Source: Chromatiales bacterium (GTDB lineage: Bacteria > Pseudomonadota > Gammaproteobacteria > RBG-16-57-12). From it: 64,000 nucleotides of DNA. Below the pieces are notes generated by a model that saw nothing but the letters and a program-made list of their open reading frames with translations, did not search any database and was not told where the DNA came from. Every line of letters starts with the position of its first letter. Position 1 is the first letter of the stretch. The stretch is taken from positions 784-64,783 of the forward strand of contig JALSJH010000059.1 of NCBI GenBank assembly GCA_026989455.1, in the 5' to 3' direction. Positions 1 to 9,049 of this stretch are shown here, in pieces. The translations under genes and the position numbers were made by a program.

Positions 1-332
1 AAGATTTACAAGAATCTTTTCGTCACCTGGAATCTATATTTCAAGCAGAAAATGGGGCTCCAGAATCTGATGAAATGGAAATTCTTGTTACATTAATTGA
101 GGCCTATGAAAATAAACATTATTCGATTAGTCCGCCTGATCCTATTGAAGCCATTAAATTTAGAATGGATCAACAGGGACTAAAAGCTAGAGATCTAGAA
201 GCTTTTATTGGTGGCAGTGGAAGAGTTTCTGAGGTATTGAATCGTAAACGTCCTCTAAGTTTGCGAATGATAAAACGCTTACATAATGGTTTGAAAATTC
301 CCTACGAAAGTTTGTTAGCTGATGTTGTCTAA
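1..332 (+). CDS. higA: HigA-type antitoxin, XRE-family HTH (5' end truncated by window edge)
   Basis: The reading frame is open from position 3 with no stop. The C-terminal HTH segment LKARDLEAFIGGSGRVSEVLNRKRPLSLRMIKRLHNGLKIPYESLL resembles E. coli HigA. The cognate toxin would lie upstream, outside the window. Confidence 0.6.
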   Translation, partial: DLQESFRHLESIFQAENGAPESDEMEILVTLIEAYENKHYSISPPDPIEAIKFRMDQQGLKARDLEAFIGGSGRVSEVLNRKRPLSLRMIKRLHNGLKIPYESLLADVV

Positions 333-380
333 ATTTGTAAATCGTAGAGGAAATTATGCAGAAACACATAACGAATAAGA

Positions 381-821
381 TTATATCGCGCGAAGCCGCG
401 ATATGAATCGGTTTGTTGGACAAGCCCGGGGAGTCCTGCGCTCATGATCAGTGCAGGTGACGGCACTCAGATCTTCACCGCAAATCTTGCAGGTGGTTGC
501 AGATGTCACCGTGACACTTTCGTTAACACGGGTATTTCCCGCCACCTTCCCATTCTCGTGCTTGCCTTTGCCATGTTGGCCCGAGTGACCGAGAGCGGTT
601 TCATCCTTTTCCGTTTGAGAGGACGGTATGCTTGAGTTCTTGTTGTTTTTCTTGGTGGAGGGTTCGAGAAAAGTAGCCAAGATCAGCTCAATGATCATCA
701 TCATGCTGTTCATGAGCAACTTAACCTCACCGGTCACTTTGCCGTCATCGCACAACCGGCGGAAGTCAGCTCTTAGCTTGGCTACTTCATTTCGAACTCT
801 GTTTTTATCTGCAATGGCCAT
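381..821 (-). pseudogene. Possible transposase N-terminal remnant (IS66-like architecture)
   Basis: The 146-aa ORF has a coiled N-terminus, a Lys/Gly-rich linker (GHSGQHGKGKHENGK) and a CKICGEDLS zinc-finger-like motif reminiscent of the IS66 TnpC N-terminus. No catalytic domain follows, a perfect palindrome lies inside its 3' end, and the 333-1256 region is otherwise non-coding. Family assignment is uncertain. Confidence 0.3.
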
Positions 822-1256
822 AGGGTATTAACAGGGTGTTGGGTAATGAAGCCTATTATGCCCCCTGTTTTTATGGGCTCACTGGGTGGCGTATCAGGCG
901 AGAATAGGATTCGATGAATCAAATCAGCATCATGAAGTGGAGATAAGGCGTGAGTGGCTGCCTTACTTGGAATGAGGGCGGGTTATTTTGAAAGGCAGGT
1001 GCTTCGCTATTTTAACCCCCCAAAACGTGTCAAGAAAATTATCAACTTTTTTATGGAGGTGAGCAGTTACGTAATTTCATTAAATAAGACTTCCAAATTA
1101 TTTTAGTGATGTGATGCAATAAAATCACCATGAAGGAAATGGCGATGCCAGATGCTAATATAACCACACTATCAAAAAGGCCACTTGAAATCAAAAACCA
1201 GCCTTCTTACGGCAAACTTAATCAAAGCAGCGCCTGATTCCGTCGAAATGCTTGGT

Positions 1257-2990
1257 CTAGCTTCCTGATTGCCGGGTGACGTCAACGTAGAGCGTGATGC
1301 GCTGTCCCGGTTGTAGATATTTTTGGGTGTTGAGGCTGTTCCAGCGTTTTAAGTCGGCCACGGTGACGCTGAATTTTTGTGCGATCCGCGAGAGGGAGTC
1401 CCCTTGGCGGACTCGGTATTTTATGTTTTGTAAGGGAGTACTGGGCCCGTTGTTGAACTGTTTTGTCAGCGGTGGTTTGCTACTCCAGATGACCAGCTGT
1501 TGACCTGGTTTTAAGGGGTCTCTTGGTGCCATGGCGTTCCACTTTGCCAGCTCCTTGACTCCAACTTTATGTTTTCTTGAAAGATCCCATAACGTATCTC
1601 CCCCTTTTACGGTATGAGTGATTTTATGGCCATCCCGCTTGCGTTGCTGAATGGTTTTTTTGCGACTTTCAGCCGTTTGTCGGTAACTGTTTAGGCTGCG
1701 CGTTGCGGTGGGCACTAGAAGGTGTTTTCCGGCACGAATCATGCTGCCACTGATCTTGTTGCTCTCTTTTAATAAATCGACACTGGTTTGATATTTTTTG
1801 GCGATCAACAGCAGGCTCTCTCCCGGCTGAATGACATGGCGTACCCATTTGACGCGTCTGTTTTCGGGTAGTTGCGCTAAAGCCTGGGTGAATGTTTCAG
1901 CATTCTCTTTGGGTAGTAGTAGGTAGTGTGGGCCATCGGGGTCTGTTGCCCAGCGGTTGAAGCCTGGGTTGAGGTTGTAGAGGTGATCGGTGCTGAGTTC
2001 GGCCAGTTCGGCGGCGAGGGCAAGATCAATTTGGCCGCCGGTTTCGACTTTTTCAAAGTAGTGCTCATCCGGAATGGGGGTGAATTTGACATTGAAAGTC
2101 TCTGGCTTGGCGACAAGGTTGCTCAGTGCCAGCAGTTTTGGAACATAGCCCTTGGTCTCTTTGGGTAGGTCTAAGTTCCAGTAGTCAGTGGGTTTTCCAC
2201 GGCTCTTGTTTTTTCGAATGGCGCGTGAAACGGTGCCTGAGCCTGAGTTATAGGCGGCGAGGGCGAGCAGCCAATCACCATCAAAGGTTTTATGTAGCCG
2301 TTGCAGGTAGGTGAGTGCCGCTTTGGTGGATGCGTAAACATCGCGTCGACCGTCATACCACCAGTTTTGTTTTAGTCCAAAGTACTCCCCGGTGCTGGGT
2401 ATGAATTGCCAGATACCTGCGGCACGCCCGTGGGAGTAGGCGAAGGGAAGGAAGGCGCTTTCTACAATGGGCAGCAGGGCGATTTCGCTGGGCATACCAC
2501 GCGCCTCGACCTCTTCGAGAATAAAGTGCAGGTAGGGGTGTGCACGCTCAGTAACCCGTAGTAGATAGCCCGGATGTTTTGCATACCACGCTTGGTCAGC
2601 CTTTACACCGGGGTGGTCGTTGTCGGGTAGTCCATAGTTTTGGCGCAAGCGGTGCCAAAGGTCGGTGGGTTCGGTGGCGGCAGGTGCCTGCTCTACGATG
2701 GCTTCGTCTGGTGTGGTGGGTGGGGTGAGCTGGCTCTGCTCTACGTCAGCCACATCGGGAATCAGAGGTTCCAGTGGCTCACGTAGCGCCTCACTTCCCT
2801 GTTGTCTGTTGATGTAGTGAATGGATTCAATGTTGCTCTCTTCGGGTTGCTCGGTTTGAGCTGTCTCTTCGATGGGGTTCAGGGGGGTGTCGCTCACTTT
2901 TTCAGGCTGTGTTACGCACCCATTGAGTAGTAGCAGAGTACTGAAAAGGGCGAGTAATTTGAACGAATTGTTATTTGTGATCTGTGGCAA
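1257..2990 (-). CDS. mltD: Membrane-bound lytic murein transglycosylase D (lipoprotein, SLT domain plus two C-terminal LysM repeats)
   Basis: Signal peptide with lipobox LLNGC. Central lytic transglycosylase domain (AIWQFIPSTG, AAYNSG). Two LysM-like repeats at the C-terminus. Sits in the enteric position next to gloB. Confidence 0.85.
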   Translation of the reverse strand: MPQITNNNSFKLLALFSTLLLLNGCVTQPEKVSDTPLNPIEETAQTEQPEESNIESIHYINRQQGSEALREPLEPLIPDVADVEQSQLTPPTTPDEAIVEQAPAATEPTDLWHRLRQNYGLPDNDHPGVKADQAWYAKHPGYLLRVTERAHPYLHFILEEVEARGMPSEIALLPIVESAFLPFAYSHGRAAGIWQFIPSTGEYFGLKQNWWYDGRRDVYASTKAALTYLQRLHKTFDGDWLLALAAYNSGSGTVSRAIRKNKSRGKPTDYWNLDLPKETKGYVPKLLALSNLVAKPETFNVKFTPIPDEHYFEKVETGGQIDLALAAELAELSTDHLYNLNPGFNRWATDPDGPHYLLLPKENAETFTQALAQLPENRRVKWVRHVIQPGESLLLIAKKYQTSVDLLKESNKISGSMIRAGKHLLVPTATRSLNSYRQTAESRKKTIQQRKRDGHKITHTVKGGDTLWDLSRKHKVGVKELAKWNAMAPRDPLKPGQQLVIWSSKPPLTKQFNNGPSTPLQNIKYRVRQGDSLSRIAQKFSVTVADLKRWNSLNTQKYLQPGQRITLYVDVTRQSGS

Positions 2991-3027
2991 GGCGCTATTC
3001 CATCAATATGAATCGGGGGTGTTGTGT

Positions 3028-3801
3028 TCAGTCTAAATCGTCTTTCCATTTGCGTACAGTGGCAAATACGTCGACTGGGTTGCTTAGCACACTTTTACTG
3101 TAGTTTGATGCGGCTTTAATCAGTGCTGGGTTGTCCCAGCGGAGAAAAGGGTTGGTCTGCTTTTCAACGCTTAGCAGGCTGGGTACGGTGGCTTTTTTTT
3201 CAGCGCGGAGCTGCTGTACTTGCTGCTGTCGCTGGGTGATGGCATCATTTTTTGGTTCGGCAACCCGTGCAAAGGCAAGATTGGCGAGGGTGTATTCATG
3301 GGCGCAATAGATCAGCGTTTTTTCGGGTAAGGCTCGAATGGTCTCCATCGCATGTTGCATCTGTGCGGCGCTGCCTTCAAACAATCGCCCGCAACCCCCG
3401 GCAAACAGTGTGTCGCCGCAAAAAAGCAGCTGGTGACCGTAATAAATGACGTGCCCGGCGGTGTGGCCGGGGGTGTCAATGACTTGGAATTTAGCCTCTA
3501 TTTCGCTGATTGTAATCTGCTCTCCCCCTTTTAGCGGGTGAGTGACTCCACGGATATTTTCGCGGGCCGGGCCATATACCGGGATCTCATAGTGTTGTGT
3601 AATGGCAGCAATGCCGCCGGTATGGTCACTGTGGTGGTGAGTGATCAAAATAGCCGCCGGGATTAAACCATGTGATTGGCAATAGGCGACCACACGCTCA
3701 CCATCACCCGGATCTACAATGGCCACTTGTGAATGCTGCTGATTGCCAATTAACCAGATATAATTATCGTCAAAGGCGGTAATAGGGTAAACCGTGAGCA
3801 T
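3028..3801 (-). CDS. gloB: Hydroxyacylglutathione hydrolase (glyoxalase II)
   Basis: Metallo-beta-lactamase motif THHHSDHTGG, 257 aa, conserved position between mltD and yafS. Confidence 0.85.
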   Translation of the reverse strand: MLTVYPITAFDDNYIWLIGNQQHSQVAIVDPGDGERVVAYCQSHGLIPAAILITHHHSDHTGGIAAITQHYEIPVYGPARENIRGVTHPLKGGEQITISEIEAKFQVIDTPGHTAGHVIYYGHQLLFCGDTLFAGGCGRLFEGSAAQMQHAMETIRALPEKTLIYCAHEYTLANLAFARVAEPKNDAITQRQQQVQQLRAEKKATVPSLLSVEKQTNPFLRWDNPALIKAASNYSKSVLSNPVDVFATVRKWKDDLD

Positions 3802-3847
3802 AAGGGTGCAAAGCTCTCTAATTAATTAAAGAGATGAATTTTACGCA

Positions 3848-4648
3848 ATGTATAACGCAATCAGCAAGCTAAAGCACCAAAAGAGAAGCTACTCGCAGCG
3901 GCGTGATGCGCTGAATCACTGGTATTGTGGTTATACCGGGCAGCAATTTTTGGCACTGGCGCAGCCTCGTCTGGAGGCGCTGCTGGCGGATCTTTTTGGT
4001 TATTATCTGCTCCAGGTCGGTGAGTTGGGTAGTGTGGATCTGCTGGGTCAGAGCCGCATTAAACAGCGGGTTATCCTTGATGACAGTGGCAGAGTACACC
4101 CCCAACCTCATCCACTATTACCCTGTGAGGTTGATAAGCTCTCCATTGTAACCGACAGTGTCGATGTGGTGGTTTTGCCGCATACCCTTGAAATTCATGA
4201 TAATGCTCATCAGATATTGCGTGAGGTGGATCGAATTCTGGTGCCTGAAGGGCATGTGTTGGTGATGGGGTTTAACCCTTATAGTCTTTGGGGGGGCACG
4301 ATGTGGCTGCAAAAAAGTGTGGGCCGTTTACCGTGGCAGGGCCATTTTTTATCACCAGGGCGGGTGAAAGATTGGTTGAAGCTGCTGGGGTATGAGATCG
4401 AACATATGGAGAGCTATTTTTACCGCCCGGCGCTTCGCCACCCGGCATTGATGGATAAATTGATGTGGTTGGAGCGCTGGGGTGCTCGCTACTGGCCTAT
4501 TTTGGGTGGAGGCTATATCCTTGTGGCGAGAAAGCAGGTATCAACATTGACCCCGATTCGTCCCCGCTGGCAGGTGCGCCGTCGTCTTGGATCGTTAGGG
4601 GTCGCCCAATCATCCATGCAAAGAGATCATGATAGTGAAGAGAGTTGA
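3848..4648 (+). CDS. SAM-dependent methyltransferase, YafS-like
   Basis: Similar to E. coli YafS over its length, including the GFNPYSLWG and ILVARK segments. Conserved gloB-yafS-rnhA-dnaQ context. Confidence 0.7.
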   Translation: MYNAISKLKHQKRSYSQRRDALNHWYCGYTGQQFLALAQPRLEALLADLFGYYLLQVGELGSVDLLGQSRIKQRVILDDSGRVHPQPHPLLPCEVDKLSIVTDSVDVVVLPHTLEIHDNAHQILREVDRILVPEGHVLVMGFNPYSLWGGTMWLQKSVGRLPWQGHFLSPGRVKDWLKLLGYEIEHMESYFYRPALRHPALMDKLMWLERWGARYWPILGGGYILVARKQVSTLTPIRPRWQVRRRLGSLGVAQSSMQRDHDSEES

Positions 4649-5075
4649 GTTATTTACTGATGGTGCCTGTAAAGGCAACCCTGGCCCTGGCGGGTGGGGG
4701 GCGCTGTTGCGATATGATGGCCATGAAAAGCCGCTGTATGGTGGCGAAAAGCTGACAACTAATAACCGCATGGAGTTGATGGCGGCCATTATGGGGCTGG
4801 AGAGCTTGAGTGAGGGGTGTGAGGTTTCACTGACTACCGATTCACAATATGTGAAAAAAGGCATTAGTGAGTGGATCATAAACTGGAAAAAACGCGGCTG
4901 GAAAACAGCCAGCAAGAAACCAGTAAAAAACGTCGATCTGTGGCAGCGCCTCGACGCGGCAGTGACGCGTCACCAAGTGGAGTGGCACTGGGTGCGCGGC
5001 CATACCGGTCATCGTGAAAATGAGATCGCCGATGAGCTGGCAAACAGGGGAATAGCTGAGCTCTCTTCTTCTTAG
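4629..5075 (+). CDS. rnhA: Ribonuclease HI
   Basis: [30 protein letters not shown] and the C-terminal [14 protein letters not shown] are hallmarks of RNase H. Confidence 0.9.
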   Translation: MIVKRVELFTDGACKGNPGPGGWGALLRYDGHEKPLYGGEKLTTNNRMELMAAIMGLESLSEGCEVSLTTDSQYVKKGISEWIINWKKRGWKTASKKPVKNVDLWQRLDAAVTRHQVEWHWVRGHTGHRENEIADELANRGIAELSSS

Positions 5076-5093
5076 AATCAGGACTTAATTGTT

Positions 5094-5837
5094 ATGCGCC
5101 AAATCATATTGGATACAGAGACTACCGGTATAGAGCCGAAGTCGGGTCATCGTATTATTGAAATCGGCTGTGTGGAGATGATTAACCGCCGTCTAACGGG
5201 GAATAATTACCACCAATATATACAGCCTGAGCGGGAAGTGCCGCAGGAGGCGATTGAAATTCATGGTATTACCAATGAATTTCTGGCAGACAAGCCGCTC
5301 TATGGGGCGATTGCTGATGACTTTCTTCAATTCATTAAAGGAGCGGAGTTAATCATCCACAACGCGGCATTTGATATTGGCTTTATTAACCATGAGTTCA
5401 AATTGCTGAACACTCAATTTACTGATATTCGTGACCACTGCGCGGTTGTTGACACCTTGGCAATGGCGCGCAAAAAACATCCAGGGCAGAGAAACAGTCT
5501 GGATGCTCTCTGTAAGCGCTACTTTATCGATAATACCAAGCGCGAGTTGCACGGTGCGCTGTTAGATTCGGAAATTCTCGCTGATGTCTATTTGGCGATG
5601 ACCGGCGGGCAGCGCAATCTCTTGCTGGATAGCGGTGATGATAATGCCGGTGCGGTGGCCACCACTGATATCCAGCGTCTAAAGTCTGACCGGATACCGC
5701 TAAAAGTGATCACTGCGACGGCAAGTGAGCTTGAGGCCCATGATAAGCAGCTGCAATTGATCGATAAAAAAAGTGGTGGTCAGGCAATCTGGTTTCAATC
5801 AGCGGGGGATGGTGCCGATAGTAAGGTGGTTCACTGA
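5094..5837 (+). CDS. dnaQ: DNA polymerase III epsilon subunit (3'-5' exonuclease)
   Basis: Exo I motif ILDTETTGI, Exo II and Exo III motifs (HNAAFDIGF, HGALLDSEILADVY), 247 aa. Confidence 0.9.
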   Translation: MRQIILDTETTGIEPKSGHRIIEIGCVEMINRRLTGNNYHQYIQPEREVPQEAIEIHGITNEFLADKPLYGAIADDFLQFIKGAELIIHNAAFDIGFINHEFKLLNTQFTDIRDHCAVVDTLAMARKKHPGQRNSLDALCKRYFIDNTKRELHGALLDSEILADVYLAMTGGQRNLLLDSGDDNAGAVATTDIQRLKSDRIPLKVITATASELEAHDKQLQLIDKKSGGQAIWFQSAGDGADSKVVH

Positions 5838-5854
5838 TTGAGGATGAAATAAGC

Positions 5855-6610
5855 ATGAAACTGCCCGCTACACTGCCCGCCCGATTACGGGCGAGTGCCA
5901 TTCACTTTGCGCTCAGCTTGGCTGTTTTTCTGGTACTGCTCAGTTTGATTGTCTACATCTGGTATCCCGGGGCGCTGTTTTGGGTTGACGGTGGGGTTAG
6001 CGGAGTGAAAATCCTGATCGCAGTTGACTTGGTTTTGGGGCCGCTGTTAACCCTGATTATTTACAATCCCACCAAAACCCGACGTCATATTGTGATGGAC
6101 TTCATGCTGATAGCAGCCATCCAGGTGGCTGCTTTGGCTTGGGGTGTCAACACCATCTATGATCAAAAGCCACTGGCAGTGGTGTTTGATGGCAGTGCCT
6201 TTCAGATAGTGGATAAGGATTATCTGGAGAAACAGGCGATTGATATCACCGCTTTGAACAGCGAGGGCGCTCCGCTGCCGCTGATCTACTACTCCCGAAA
6301 ACCTCAAACCACAGAAGAGAGTGTAGGGGCGATCACGCAGCTGTTTATTAACTCAATTCCCGAATGGGCTGTGGTGACACTTTTTGATCCGCTTGATCTT
6401 CACCTGGCGGCGCTGAAAGAAGCGTCTGATAAGACAAAACGCCGACATCGTGAAAATGAGTTAGTCATGGCACGCTACCGCTCACTTTTATCAGAAAAAC
6501 AGTTAACTGAAGCGGATTCACTGTTATTGCCACTCAGTGGTCGTTTCGGTGACGGCTTGATGGTATTAGATCCATCGGGTGCGCTGCTGGGCAGTTTTCG
6601 GGTTGAGTGA
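5855..6610 (+). CDS. Hypothetical membrane protein (two N-terminal TM helices)
   Basis: Hydrophobic N-terminus with no recognisable catalytic motifs. Sits where tRNA-Asp follows dnaQ in enterics. Confidence 0.45.
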   Translation: MKLPATLPARLRASAIHFALSLAVFLVLLSLIVYIWYPGALFWVDGGVSGVKILIAVDLVLGPLLTLIIYNPTKTRRHIVMDFMLIAAIQVAALAWGVNTIYDQKPLAVVFDGSAFQIVDKDYLEKQAIDITALNSEGAPLPLIYYSRKPQTTEESVGAITQLFINSIPEWAVVTLFDPLDLHLAALKEASDKTKRRHRENELVMARYRSLLSEKQLTEADSLLLPLSGRFGDGLMVLDPSGALLGSFRVE

Positions 6611-6745
6611 GCTGTGGTTAATCAGAGCTTCCTTAATAAAATGCCAAAAATGAAAAACAGGATGCGTTAAGCGGCGTATCCTGCTACTGTTTGTGCCTCA
6701 TTTTTTAGCTGAACTTATCAAAAAACCAGAGAATAAAGCATCCTA

Positions 6746-7813
6746 ATGGATAATCGCGTCGAAAATTTGCACATCATCTCCGAAGTTCCTCTGATTCGCC
6801 CAGATCAGGTGAAAGCGATGTATCCGCTTACTCCGGAGAGCATTGATACGGTCATGCAAGGGCAACAGCAGATTCGCAACATTCTGGATGGAAAAGATAA
6901 ACGTCTGTTTGTGGTGGTTGGCCCCTGTTCCATCCACGATGTTGAGCTGGCACTTGACTACGCCAAGCGGCTTAAAACATTGGCAGATGAGCTAAAAGAG
7001 AGCCTCTGTATTGTGATGCGGGTCTATTTTGAAAAACCTCGCACCAGCATCGGCTGGCAGGGGTTGATTAACGATCCTGATATGGATGGCAGTTGTGATA
7101 TCGCCAAAGGGTTGTTGATGTCGCGAAAGCTGCTATTAAAAATTGCCGAGCTGGGGCTGCCTGCTGCCGGTGAGGCGCTGGATTTGATTACACCACAATA
7201 TGTTCAGGATCTCTTCTCCTGGACAGCCATCGGCGCGCGCACCACAGAGTCACAAACCCACCGTAAAATGGCCAGTGGCTTCTCAGCACCTGTTGGGTTT
7301 AAAAATGGTACCAATGGTGATTATGACGTCGCCATCAACGCCATCATCTGTGCGGCTCATAAAAATGATTTTGTCAGCATTGACCCTTTGGGTCAGGTGG
7401 CGGTTATTCGTACCAAAGGCAACCCCTACACGCACATGGTGTTGCGTGGCGGAAGCGACGGCCCCAACTACGATGAAAAGCATATCTCAGCCTGTGAAAA
7501 GCAGCTGGCCCATGGCGGGTTGCCACTTAATATTATGGTGGATTGCAGCCATGCCAATGCGCAGAAAAACCACCTGAAGCAGCGGGCAGTATTGGATGAT
7601 ATTGCCCAGCAGATTATTGATGGTAACCAATCCATCAAAGGGGTGATGGTTGAAAGTAATATCAAGGCGGGTAATCAGCCCATTCCTGCAGATCATGGGC
7701 AGTTGGCGTATGGTGTATCGGTTACCGACAAGTGTATTGATTGGCAGATGACTGAAGATGCACTGCGAGAGCTGGCACAAAAAACCGCAGTAGCACTTAA
7801 GAGTCGAGGTTAA
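6746..7813 (+). CDS. 3-deoxy-7-phosphoheptulonate (DAHP) synthase, class I
   Basis: 355 aa with class-I AroF/G/H motifs (KRLFVVVGPCSIHD, GARTTESQ, HMVLRGG). The isozyme cannot be assigned. Confidence 0.85.
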   Translation: MDNRVENLHIISEVPLIRPDQVKAMYPLTPESIDTVMQGQQQIRNILDGKDKRLFVVVGPCSIHDVELALDYAKRLKTLADELKESLCIVMRVYFEKPRTSIGWQGLINDPDMDGSCDIAKGLLMSRKLLLKIAELGLPAAGEALDLITPQYVQDLFSWTAIGARTTESQTHRKMASGFSAPVGFKNGTNGDYDVAINAIICAAHKNDFVSIDPLGQVAVIRTKGNPYTHMVLRGGSDGPNYDEKHISACEKQLAHGGLPLNIMVDCSHANAQKNHLKQRAVLDDIAQQIIDGNQSIKGVMVESNIKAGNQPIPADHGQLAYGVSVTDKCIDWQMTEDALRELAQKTAVALKSRG

Positions 7814-7854
7814 ACCCCCTCAATCCTGCCTCCGTCTGATTCGATGAGCTAAAA

Positions 7855-8772
7855 TCACTTGGTATGACAGGTGAGACACAAGGCGCTTTCGGCGTTTGAG
7901 ATCCGTAAAAAACTTGGAATGAACTCACTGGTTGGCCCTGCCGATGGCACACCATGGGGGTCATGACAAGAGGCACACTCCACCTCATAGCCCTCCCCCG
8001 TATTGTACATGCGAATTTCGTTGGTATCACTCCGGCCATTTCCATTGATATCAAAAAAGCTTAATTTCCCAGCCTGAATGCCCGTAGGTATCCTAAAGTC
8101 GACGCCCGCGCCAAGGGTGGTGGGATATTCCACGCCGATGGGGTGGTCATTACGTAGATCAGTACTGATGAAAAAGGCTGAAAAATCGGCCATTCCCAGC
8201 GAAGGAAACATCGGTGGTGTGCCATGGCAGCGGTTGCAGTCTGAGGCGGTGCTACCAAACATAACCGCGTGGTTGCCACCGCTAGGGCCTGGCCCACTCC
8301 AGCTATCGAGAAAGGCCATATCAACACTGCTCTCCTGAGCGGGGTTATAACCACCCGAGCCGGGCATGTTGATCACCGAGTCTATGGCGATGGTGCCATC
8401 GTGACAAGAGAGGCAGGTTAACGAATTAGCCCCAGGGTCGGTGATAGTCTGGCCTAGGGTGGTGGGCATGTCGTAGAGTGTATAGGGATCCGACGGGCGG
8501 GTTCTGTTCCAAAGTGGTATCGCCCCCATCTGGCCGCTGGCTCCATGGGGGGTGTGGCAGTAGACACATACGGCATCATAGTCGTTGCGATAGGCGTTCA
8601 TGAACCCTTCCATGTCTGAGTAGCGCTGGGTCAGGTTATGCCCGGTGTTGGCTACCGTGGTATGGTTGGGTGCCTTGGAGGCCGCACGCCAGCCATCAGC
8701 AGAGGCTACTGAAATCAATAGCAGAGTGCTGATTGTAACGAGCAGTACCAAAGAGCTACGGGTGAATCGCAT
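7855..8772 (-). CDS. Secreted pentaheme c-type cytochrome
   Basis: Signal peptide followed by five CxxCH motifs (CVYCH, CLSCH, CNRCH, CASCH, CLTCH). Paralogous to the ORF at 32782-33633. Monocistronic and divergent from the histidine kinase gene. Confidence 0.8.
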   Translation of the reverse strand: MRFTRSSLVLLVTISTLLLISVASADGWRAASKAPNHTTVANTGHNLTQRYSDMEGFMNAYRNDYDAVCVYCHTPHGASGQMGAIPLWNRTRPSDPYTLYDMPTTLGQTITDPGANSLTCLSCHDGTIAIDSVINMPGSGGYNPAQESSVDMAFLDSWSGPGPSGGNHAVMFGSTASDCNRCHGTPPMFPSLGMADFSAFFISTDLRNDHPIGVEYPTTLGAGVDFRIPTGIQAGKLSFFDINGNGRSDTNEIRMYNTGEGYEVECASCHDPHGVPSAGPTSEFIPSFLRISNAESALCLTCHTK

Positions 8773-9049
8773 ACAACCTCCACGGCCAAGCGTAAATATT
8801 AATTAGTGTATTATAGTTGTTATTTTTTGGTTAATAAAGTTTATAAGTGAAGCGACCTTCTAGGTGAGAGACTATTGGTTGGGTGCGGTTACGATCGCTA
8901 CTCTCTACTTGTATAGTGTCGACCAATCACGACAAACCTTTTGTTTTTTGTTGGATTGGGTGAGGGTTTTCTGCGATGGCCCCAAGAGTGGACGTTTTGG
9001 GTGGGTTGAAAATTACCGAAGAGCCGAAGATGGTGGATCCGTAAGCGCT

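Noticed and set aside
8864-9049. N-terminal 62-aa extension of the histidine kinase ORF
   Set aside because: There are no TM or domain features and no RBS at 8864. A clean ATG (MKKLIDKF) at 9050 immediately precedes the first TM helix, so the extension is probably read-through of the intergenic region.
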